From Paraspadella gotoi (lineage: Eukaryota; Animalia; Chaetognatha): DNA of 64,000 nucleotides. The notes beneath the pieces are model-generated. The model saw only the letters and a program-made list of their open reading frames with translations, had not been told where the DNA came from and searched no databases. The stretch is taken from contig CM119267.1 of the NCBI GenBank assembly GCA_051294375.1, forward strand, positions 9,660,339 to 9,724,338. The letters are read 5' to 3'. Shown piece by piece: positions 54,001-64,000 of the stretch (its first letter is position 1; the number at the start of each line of letters is the position of its first letter). Position numbers and translations under genes: made by a program.

Positions 54001-57000
54001 CTGTCCACACTCACTCTAATCTCGCATTCTCATTCTCCCACTCCCTCCACGCTCTTCCTCATTACAACAGCTCTGTCGCACTCCTGCCAATATGCCACGC
54101 AGGCCTGGTCGCGCGAGCGACCAAGAATCCAGCGAACTCTTGGTGCTACTTTTCCTCGATGTCTCCTGCTGTGTCGCCTTTATCACAAAGTAGAGCTGGC
54201 AAAGCATATTGCGCATTACTGTATTATCCAACTCGTACTTGTTTCTCACATACGACCGTTCGTCTGACTCCTGATCTCGCGTGCGCTTATTGGAGTTCGG
54301 CATGTTCACATTTTCTCTATGTCTACGTCGCCATCATCGTCGTCTTCTTCGGAGTTGTTCGCTCTCGCGATGTTCTCCCTCTCCGAGGTTCCCGGCCGAG
54401 CATGAGTGTTAGCTTTTTTCTAATCATTTTGTTTTTAAAAAATAAAGAGAACACGAAGAAAAACACAACGACTCATAAATGTCATTACATTGTTCTAAAT
54501 ATTTAAGAAATGAACACTTCATACGAGGCAATTGTTATAAAATTTAGTTTATCCTTAACAGTCCGTATGGTTCTAACATGCACTATACCTCATAATTCGA
54601 TTACTCAGAACAATTTGTATGTAGCTCTGGGGACACTGTGGTAAAATATTTCTTTCTTAGTTGTCCAGACAAATAGAGCCGCCACTTGGATCCGGTTCCT
54701 CTTCAGCGACGGCGTTCTACTTCATCACCTGGGCCCTGTGCATTCGAAACAGTTGTTCTGCAGGGTTAGTTCTGGCTTTCATCAGCGACCATAACACGAG
54801 TTATCTCAATCCCATATAAGCGAGCGACACGGAAGGTCGCCAACGTGACAGTCAGGTGGAGAGACCCAGGGCGCGCTTCAACCTGGACAGGAACGTCGAC
54901 CTTTCACATTGTCCGACTGCTAAGTGTTGGTATATGAGTTGCTTCCTCTTTGCCATTCGAAGCTTCTCTGTAGTATGCACAAAAATCTTCTCGTCTAAGT
55001 CGAGTCTCTCATAGTTTCCTCGAAATGTGCTCTTATTTCGATTTGTACCATGAGGATGTTGTTATAGTATTACGTGAGATTATATATGAATATAGTTCCA
55101 TTAGGCTCGCTATCCGTCGATCAAGTAAAATTGATAAATTATTGAAGATATTAGTACACGAGTATTTATTCATCATCCGAGAGATGCCTATACTCATTGA
55201 TATAAGATAAATATATCCCTAAGGGTAATTGTCAAAGACTTGGCTAAAAAACCAAATAGATTAATAAAAGATAATAGTTAAGATGAATAGGGATGAAATT
55301 GTTGACGAGTGTACTCTCTGAGAGGATGAAGGCTTGTCGCATCATGTGTGCTACGAGTACTCTATTATCGAACTTACTATGCTTAGTAAGCACAAGATGG
55401 AACTTGACTTATGTGCCTTTGCAACCGATCAATAGCTCACTGCACAATAGTCCTAGGGCAAAGAGCGAGCCCTTAATCCCAAGTCTCACTACAAGGTCAC
55501 TTCAACCTCTCCATGTCAGTGCATATCACTGAGAAGATCTCCAGAGATTATCTGCAAAAGTTCGCTCTAGGTATTTGTTTGGAACGGCGCGTCGGCTGGA
55601 GACCCGCTGAAAGACTGCTCTCAATCTCATCTCCTGTCGTATTATGACACGGACTGGAGAAATCAATAGTGAGAGAGAGAGTTTATCGGATGCTTTATGA
55701 GTGTATTATGATAAGTGTCGTCTCGACCAGTCTCTCTCGTCTGGTTACGCAATCTTGAGATATTCTCTAGGTTGCGCAGTTAATTTCAGTTTTTTAGAGT
55801 GTATCTCGAAGGAGGTCAAAATTATAGGGTGAGTATTTCTTTCGCGTACGCACGTGTATAGTGAGTGACAAAGCTGAGATTGTATAGTAAGGACTGTGAG
55901 ATTTAAAGACTCTCTCATCGGTAGACTTTAATAAAGAGTCAGCGATTCACTATGATAACATAGTAAAAAATTAAATTGTTATTCAAGAATTATTGATATT
56001 CAAAATTGCTCTAGATATGTATGAAGCGCATGATGATTCGGAGGCGTACGGGAATGCCCAACAAGACAGCTAGCACTTGTGTTGAAGGTCTTCTCTATGT
56101 CTCTCTTCAAGAAACAAATAACGGCTAGATGTCCACTAATCTCCGAATTTTTGAGTCGCTGTTCAGAGTCTCGAGATATTTCAGATAAAAGTCGGGGACA
56201 CGTAGAGCCATGCAAATAAGAATCCATGTCGGAAGTTTATGCATTATGCGCTGTGTTCAGTGAATAGGCACAGATCGATGGACGCACTTTCTCGTTTTGA
56301 AACACAGTGATATCAATATAATATTCGAGAACTGATATCAAACGCATTGATTCCTATCGAGGTAAGATTTCCCTCCGCAATCAATGTCATGCGAGGAGCG
56401 GTGCTCGCCTGGATTTAATCTTGTCTCCGCTTGTCTGTCCTCGGTCTATCACGGAGTCGTATATTGCAACGTCGAGAGGTCGCGAGTGTGGCGCGGAAGG
56501 ACGGAAAGATAAAAAATTAGAGAGCGGAAATTATATACATACACAGTCGCCGAGGAGGAATGTTGAGCTTAAAAGCATATCTTCTGGAGTCCTCGAGCCG
56601 CCGCACGCCTCTATTGAAGGAAGTGTAGGCAGCTCGAGCATCGACAGTTCCATATACGAGAAAACTGGCGAATCTTCCACGAGGCCGAGCTTGGCCCGTA
56701 CATCTTACTTTGAACTCTTACTTGACGACTCGAGCACGAAACGACGACGCAACGAGCAACGACGACGACGAGCGACCGACACTTAAGTAAACGACGACAG
56801 AACTTGAACGAGACGCTACGGAGCGGGCGACCGCTAGCGCAGCGCACGCCCGCAGCAGAACACTCAGGACACACGAAAAGGAGTGTGAGCATTTAAATAT
56901 AGAGCGATTCGACGACGAGAATGGCCAAGGGACAGTAGCGAGAGAACCATTGAGAGAGCGCACAGAGATCTCTGCAGCTGAGCAAGAAAAACGCACAAAT

Positions 57001-60000
57001 GATGAGAAATAGAAATAATATAGGCGGTCGTCTACCACGGGATAGAACGAGGACGAAAAAGAAAAATGCATTACACTGTGCGTCGCCTCGTCTGTATTTA
57101 TAATTCAATCACACGGTGAGCTCTTTTCTGTTTCAATTTTAGTCAAGAACCGTGAGTACATCTCTTCAGTTAACCTCAGAAACTCAAGAGAATAGCTCGA
57201 ATGACCAGAGGAAAACGAAGATAGACCTTTCCTCTCATCACTCCCTCTTCATGAAGGGACCAACTCGTATTCTCGATAACAAGCAGTCTTTTCTCGCAAA
57301 TGATGTAAGACGGACTTAAGGTACCGACTGCAAACTTTGGACACCCTACAGATCGTGAATATAGCCGAACACAGGATAAAAATGGACACACGTGACTTTA
57401 GAACACGAGGGATTATAGAGAGCTGCTCCTCGCGCGCTAGGAAATCGTGTGCTGAGAGAAGGAGTCCGAGCTGAAGATGTCCGGTGCAGAGGGATGGCGA
57501 CAGAGTCAGTTCTCTGGTTTCCTCTAACGTCCCTCGCGTCTGGAGCGATTATTATCTTCACCGCGCGAAAGCGAATGTCTGCTCTGAGTTTCTCTTTCGG
57601 CGAGCTGTAGGATTGTCAATGAACATTTCGCGATTGATTGTCAAGCGAGACAGAACTATTTGATTCGTCCTCGGTTTTAACCTGAGCTTCTTGAGCGGAA
57701 CACTCGGTGAGCATTGTCTGATACTTTTGTGGTATTTACTATCTAGACGACCGCATCTTCAGAGATCAGCACGAAACCACGACTTCTAGAGAATCACTAC
57801 AACCAACGCACTTGGGATACACGCACGTGATGAGAACGGCGGGGAGTCTGATAATAATATGGCGAAATTTCGGCACAATTGCGTGAGGTTCGCTTGGCTC
57901 GGGTCTTCTGCTTTACTCGGTCACACGGAGGCTCGTATATATTATGTTGACGCACTTTGAAGTGATCGTGAGGATTCTGAGAAGAGCAGGATATGGTGGG
58001 CTCAGAGGTATGTGTCGCAGCAGTTGTGCCATAGAAAGAATTGCTCATCCGAGAGTCTATCCGGAGATGTGTTTGAGAGGTGAGAGTGTGTGCTCGAGAC
58101 GAAATTTCCTCTTCATTAGGCTAACCTTTTTTTTTGGGGGGGGGGGGATTCGGTTATGTCATATAATTATAAATATTTATATCTCTGTTTTAAATTCAAA
58201 AGATTCGCCCCTAACGACCGTTTCCTCAAAGAGCGAGTCACAAAAGTAACTTCCGGGAGAAAAGGAAAGAGAATCAGAAAGAAAATAAATCACGCAGATT
58301 TTCTTCACAATTTACGATATTATCTTTTTTTAAGGAAACAAAGTTTTCCTAACGAATCAAGGAATTTAATTAATGTTGAAGACGTTAGGATCGAGAGCGA
58401 CGAATTCGATTCCGTCGCCATCGATCTTTTTTTTTCACCACAGACCCAACTTGTGCTGCCATGGCGACGACGCGAAGACGAGGACGCCGACGAAACACCG
58501 CGTCGACGCCCATTCTCCCGGCTCCGCTGGTTCCGTATCGCATTTGAGAGCTGGAGCTCCCATGACGATCGACGATACTGCTGGAAGAGTCCCGAGCGCG
58601 TCCGATCGCAGAGCTTGTCGCAGTGATGAAGGCAAACGCCTCTCCTCCTTCCTGGGTTTGGGGACGTACGAAGGAGAAAAGCCGAATAGAAAATTGAAAA
58701 AGATATGGTATTGTCGTTTGTTGATTGTTTTTCTTTCGAGCCTCGTTTCCCACTTAATTTGCTTTTATTTAGTTACCCCTGTGTGAAAAAAATGTCTCGG
58801 TTTAAGAAGTAAACATAATTCAACTCGGTCTGCTCACGAGCGCGGACTAAAAAAGATTCGAGGATGGAGCGACGCCAAAAATAGCAAAAACGGGCGTTAA
58901 CGTTCGAAAAATGAACAGACGACTTACTCCATGTTTGTCTCCGAGAAACACCAAATTTTCATCAACCAATCTCGCTCCACCGCTTCAAAAATCCAGTGAA
59001 GTCGTGCAGCACTGCGGTCCCCTGACGCCCTTGCACTCCTCTTGGTCGAGCACGTACCGGACTTTTTTGGCACCAACTCCGATCCGCGTCTCTCCACGCC
59101 CGTTTCCGCGTCCCCGGTCTCTGTCCCGTCTTGTCCGGTCTCTGTCCATCTCCCGGTTCCCGGTCCCGGTCCCGGTCTGTCTCTGTTCCGATCTTGTCCG
59201 CGTCGCGGTCCGGGATCGGATCGTAGTCGCGCTGCGCTCGCGACTTGGCGACGACCCGCTGCTTTCTTGGCCCAGACCAAACTCGCGAGGAAATGTCAAA
59301 CAGCTTTCGCTTTATACTTTCGAATGATTAATTTCTTTCGGTTCGGTAAATTCGGCGAATCCATACTTCTGCTCCGTAAGAAAATCTTGGCCTGTTATTT
59401 TTTCTTATTTGCTCAACTTATAACTACGTATTTTTAAAGATTTTATTATAGTTTTTTTTTTCTAAATTGTATATTGGGAGGATACTTATTTTTTGTCCAA
59501 TAAATTATGAAACTTTAAATATTATAAAGCGAACTTAATGAAAGTTAAATACAAATGTTTTTACTGAATTTGAATTTGATGCAGATGTTTGGTGGGAGGT
59601 GACTGGTAGCTTTGCTAAATCCTAAGGATTAGAAATCAGACTGTCCTACATTGGAGAAAATAAAGAAGCGAAAAAGAAGGAAAAAAAATGAGGAAAACGG
59701 AGGAAATGGAGACAAAAAAGTATCNNNNNNNNNNNNNNNNNNNNNNNNNTCTGATTTCTAATCCTTAGGATTTTAGGCAAAGGCTACCAGTCAACCTCCC
59801 ACTCAAACATCTGCCATCACAATTCTACGACGACGACACTCGGCAAAAAGAGACTTCGCTTTTTATAAATATTTTAAAGATTTTCACTAGATTTTTATTT
59901 GAAAAAAATTAAGTATCCTCCTCCAAGTATATCAATTTTTGAAAAAAAAAAATCTAAATAAAATATTTTAAAAATACGTAGTTTATCCAAAGTTTGAGCA

Positions 60001-60104
60001 AATAAAGAAAAAAATAATCGAGGCCATAGATTTTCTCTTTACGAGCAAGAAGTAGGATTCGCCGAAGTTTAACCGAACCCAGAAAGAAAGTTAATATCGA
60101 AAGT

Positions 60105-60435
60105 ATGAAAGCGAAATTGTTTTTGATCATTTTCCTCGCGAGTTTGGTCTGGGCCAAGAAAGCAGCGGGTCGTCGCCAAGTCCGCGAGGCGCAGCGCGAC
60201 TACGATCCCGACCGCGACGGCGACCGCGACCGGGACAGAGACCGAGACAGAGACCGGGACCGGGACCGAGACCGGGACCGGGACAGAGACCGAGACAGAG
60301 ACCGGGACAGAGACCGGGACCGCGACCGTGGAGAGACGCGGTCGGAGTTGGCCAAAAAGCCGGTTATGTGCTCGACCAAGGGAGAGTGCAAGGGCGTCAG
60401 GCCGCAGTGCTGCACCTTCACGGATTTTTTGAACG
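60105..60435 (+). CDS. Secreted Arg-Asp repeat, Cys-rich protein, exon 1
   Basis: [17 protein letters not shown] signal-peptide-like start, long (RD)n tract with mixed Arg codons, [22 protein letters not shown], donor aacg|gtgagc (phase 1). Confidence 0.8.
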
Positions 60436-60716
60436 GTGAGCGAATTGTTGATCGAAATTTGGTTTGCTCAGGACACGAGTCGTCTTGTTCATTTTCGAAA
60501 CGTTAACTGCCGTTTCTATTTTTGGCGTCGCTCCCTCCTCAATCTTTTTAGTCGGCGCCGCGAGCAGCGAGTTGAATTATGTTTACTTCTACGACCATTT
60601 TTTCACACATAACTAAATAAAATGCAAATTAAGTTGGAAACGAGGCTCGAAAAACAAACAAAAACAAACGATCAATCCTTTCTTTTCTCGGCTTTTCTTA
60701 TCGTCTCCCAACCCAG

Positions 60717-60931
60717 GAAGGAGGAGAGGCGTTTGCCTTCATCACTGCGACAAGCTCTGCGATCCGGACGCGCTCGGGACTCTTCCAGAGTATCGTCCGA
60801 TCGTCATGGGAGCCTCCAGCTTCAAATGCGACGGAACCAGCGGAGCCGGGAGAATGGACGTCGGCGCGGTCTTCGTCGGCGTCCTCGTCTTCGACGTCGT
60901 CGCCATGGCAACCAAGTTGGGTCTGTGGTGA
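60717..60931 (+). CDS. Secreted Arg-Asp repeat, Cys-rich protein, exon 2 with GPI-signal-like/hydrophobic C-terminus
   Basis: Pyrimidine tract plus acccag| acceptor, phase 1; GRRRGVCLHHCDKLCDPDALGTLPEYRPIVMGASSFKCDGTSGAGRMDVGAVFVGVLVFDVVAMATKLGLW* uninterrupted; spliced CDS 546 nt = 181 aa + stop. Confidence 0.8.
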
Positions 60932-63900
60932 AAAAAAAAAGATCGATTGGCGACGGAATCGAATTCGTCGCTCTTCGATCCCAACGTCTTCAACATTAAT
61001 TAAATTCCTTGATTCGTTAGGAAACTTTGTTTCCTTAAAAAAGATAAATAAATCGTAAATGGAAGAAAATCTGCGTTGATTTTGTTTTCTTTCTGATTCT
61101 CTTTTCCCTTTTCTCCCGGAAGTTACTTTTGTGACTCGCTCTTTGAGGAAACGGTTCGTTAGGGGGCGAATCTTTTGAATTTAAACAGAATATAAATATT
61201 TATAATTATATAAGAGAAGGAGATGAAGCGATACTTTTAAAAGAGCAGGGAAAGCACATTTATTACTGACGGAGAGTGCTGTGAGAGTACAAGTCTTACG
61301 AGCAGACGAGAAGTGGACGCAAATTTCGCTTGAAGTAATAAAATAACAACTATAGCAGAAACACAAAGTATAAATAAATGAATATTCTCTGAAGAATATG
61401 CAATATAGGCGTAGAGTGAGTATTCTCGTGTGAGAGTCTCCGTTCGTCGCTGGAGTTGGTTCTCGTGTCCGGTGCGATGCAGTACAGGTCATTGGGTTGT
61501 TTTCTTCGCCAACAGTCCGCGCACTTGCTCTCGTATTCACTCAGTCGTGCGCTGAAGCTACGGAATCGACTGTTACCTTTGTGTGCGCTTTCGCCTGATG
61601 GTCATGATTGTCATGAATTGTCACGCGCGAGGAGACCAGTAGTATCGTCGCGAGAGACGTCCTCGTCTGGTACTCCTTTTTGGTGTGTCTTAAGTGACAC
61701 CCGACGAACCGCGAGCGGGGAACCGAAACCGAGAGAGGTGAAACACTAACAACCAGGAGATGTAGCGACAACGTTTATGGGAACCGGGGATTGGGATAGA
61801 GTAGAGACTCCAATTGGAGAGACATGAGTGACGCGCGGGTCGTTAACAGGATGTGTACCGGGGAACCTCTATGTAAAGAAGTCGTATTTTTTTATTTGCT
61901 CTTTTGGAGAGAGTGACTGCGAGCTCGGTGCATAAGGAGGAGAAGGGAATCGCGAGCGGGGTCGAGTGGTGGGCCATGGCAAAAAAGTTTCGGCATCATA
62001 GTTTGTCTTGGACGAAGGGATGATTGAGTAGGCATTTGCGTAAAGAGTGCATTAGGCTTACACCGAGAGCTTAGGTTCTTTTTGGCAACTTCACGGAGGT
62101 TGTGGTGGAATATTACGGTGTATGCTCAATATATTTGAGTATAGAATCTCGTGAAATTCGTTGAGTTTGCATCACATGGACAAAGAGTATACTTGTTCAG
62201 TCTTTCCGCTAACGGTAAACCGTAACCGTTTTTCTCATCTAAGATTGCGAGTCGAGCTCCAACTTAACTATACCGGGATGTATATTAGAGATGTACAGAG
62301 CGTACAGAGAAGGCAAAGCACGAAATTAGAATATATTATTAACTTACTTCGTCAGTAACCATTGATTTTTTTTCTATATCACAACATCTATAGAGAGATT
62401 TTATATATTAGATATAATATTATATTTTGAAGAAGGAAGCAAATTTACACATAACAGAGAAATGCAAGAAATACACTTAGATATATTCAGAATGACGCTT
62501 TTGTCTGTACTGCTGGAGCAGTTGTTCGTACGAGATCTCGCTCTCCATCTACACGTCCCGACGCAAAGGTATATGAGCGATCTTCGTTTTTTTGTGGTCT
62601 CTTTCACTACTCGAGCGAAGAACAGACGCTCTGCGCGGATCCGGACTTATAGTTGGCCCGCTCATGGGGCGGAGCGTACGCGCGAAGGAGTACCGTGCAG
62701 GACAGTCGCCGAGAACAATGAGCAGCCTGGTCGTCCACGACCTTCAAATGGCGCGGAACCGCGGGCCCGTCATGACGTCCCGGATGCGCGGCAGAACCTG
62801 CTGGTTCCGTCGCGACAGTCTTGACAGCACGCTGGTAGTCTCGCTATGCAGCGAGTCCTCGGACGCTTCGCCGTACGCTCTCTGGTCGCCGGATGAGCAA
62901 GTGCCCAAGTTGGAGTCGTGTCGGCTGAAGCGAATCCAGAGAGATTCGAGATTGACAGCGAGCGGGGACCAGCTCAGCCCTTTGCGTCGCGTTGCTTAAT
63001 CGAGTAACGCGAGCCAACACGTCTTCAACTCATCTTACTTCCATTCACTTGACATCTTCTGTTCAGGACTCTTGTTCGCGTGTAAGAGAAGGATAATTAT
63101 AAGATCGCAATTGCGGTCTGGCGTTATTTATTTATATATGCATATTCTCATTAATGATATAGTGTTCTCACACGGGAAAGTTACTTATGAATGACAGGAT
63201 TCTGCGTCTATTGAACGGTAAACTTGTTCGTTTTATGGGGTGCGATCTTTTGATCTTATTTAATACAGAAGAGAACCTTATCTATATTTAATTATCTAAT
63301 TTGACATAAGCCAATCCTCCTACTTTAATTTGCATTGTTACTTTAGTTATGTGTGAAAAACTGGTCCGTCCCAGTACAAGAAATAAAAAGGTTTAAAGCT
63401 CATGAATTTCTAATACCAAACTATCAAACTTCTCGCGCAATGACTTGCATGAAATTTTTTGCGCGCGCACCCCGACTAAAAAGCAAACGCTCCTCTCGTG
63501 GAAGGTCCCCATTGCGCGAGCTGTGGAACACCCGATCACCTCAATATCAAAAGAATAGCAAAGTAAAAAAAATACCGACCTTCTAGTTACATTAGATAAA
63601 AGACCGACAAGACCTGACCACCATCCATATTGATTCTAGAGTTTATCAAAATCGAACCGAAGCCGATCGAATCCACGATAGATTTCCCACTGCAGGTCGC
63701 AATGGTTAGTTATTCCGGATTTTAATGTATTTTCCGGAGTTTCTCGTTATCCGCTCCGCGTAATTTCGGCGTGCGATCANNNNNNNNNNNNNNNNNNNNN
63801 NNNNAAAAAAAAAAAGACAAGACAAGACAGTCGCGACAAAGTTCGCGTGACAATTCATGACAATTCATGACAATCAGCGAAAGAAAACAAAGAAATCGAT

Positions 63901-63943
63901 TCGACTTGGGAAGGAATAATAAAGAAGGGAGAAGAAAAGAAAA

Positions 63944-63944
<1 letters not shown>

Positions 63945-63975
<31 letters not shown>
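63945..63975. repeat. (GAC)n microsatellite
   Basis: About ten consecutive ACG/GAC units. Confidence 0.9.
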
Positions 63976-64000
63976 AACGTCTACCACGGCCAAATCTTTC

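Larger units (their letters stand above)
58160..61215. repeat. Inverted duplication with ~1.5 kb arms around the 25-N gap; left arm is a frameshifted minus-strand copy of the RD/Cys gene
   Basis: 58160-59640 is the reverse complement of 59750-61215 (e.g. ggattagaaatcag vs ctgatttctaatcc); left arm has many indels. Confidence 0.92.

Noticed and set aside
43800-58100. Assorted 60-200 aa ORFs (e.g. 46241-46591, 52060-52566, 53898-54506)
   Set aside because: Region appears to be low-accuracy read sequence; no recognisable motifs or consistent exon structure.
60200-60421. Minus-strand RS-repeat ORF suggesting an SR splicing factor
   Set aside because: It is the antisense of the RD tract; no RRM, and the + strand has signal peptide, splice sites and synonymous codon pattern.
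61215-63779. GC-rich ORFs at 62462-62999
   Set aside because: Noisy sequence before a 25-N gap; no family signature discernible.

Overview
Eukaryotic (invertebrate animal) genomic scaffold, AT-rich with many GA/CT microsatellites and spliceosomal GT-AG introns; the organism cannot be identified from the window. Much of it looks like a draft assembly gap-filled with noisy long reads: four gaps of exactly 25 N, a ~10 kb fold-back at 1-10035, an insertion-rich direct copy (15136-22561) of 2526-3570 plus 22587-27790, an inverted duplication around the gap at 59725-59749, and low-fidelity sequence over ~43800-58100. Four genes can be read by hand-splicing: (1) the 3' half of an allatostatin-C/somatostatin-type class A GPCR (+ strand, TM5, TM6 and TM7 exons with matching phases; a TM4/ECL2 exon and the missing ICL3 are recoverable from the inverted copy); (2) a two-exon ~189 aa Cys/Pro-rich protein with CCDPPP-type heptads (-, 32292-33050); (3) a disrupted HHxxxDG acyltransferase (alcohol acetyltransferase/condensation-domain-like) gene (-, ~36619-38287); (4) a two-exon 181 aa protein with signal peptide, a long Arg-Asp dipeptide tract, an 8-Cys domain and a GPI-signal-like tail (+, 60105-60931), the best candidate for something undescribed. 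A TA-flanked Tc1/mariner-type MITE lies at 34689-35259. Most ORFs in the supplied track are spurious microsatellite or noise translations.
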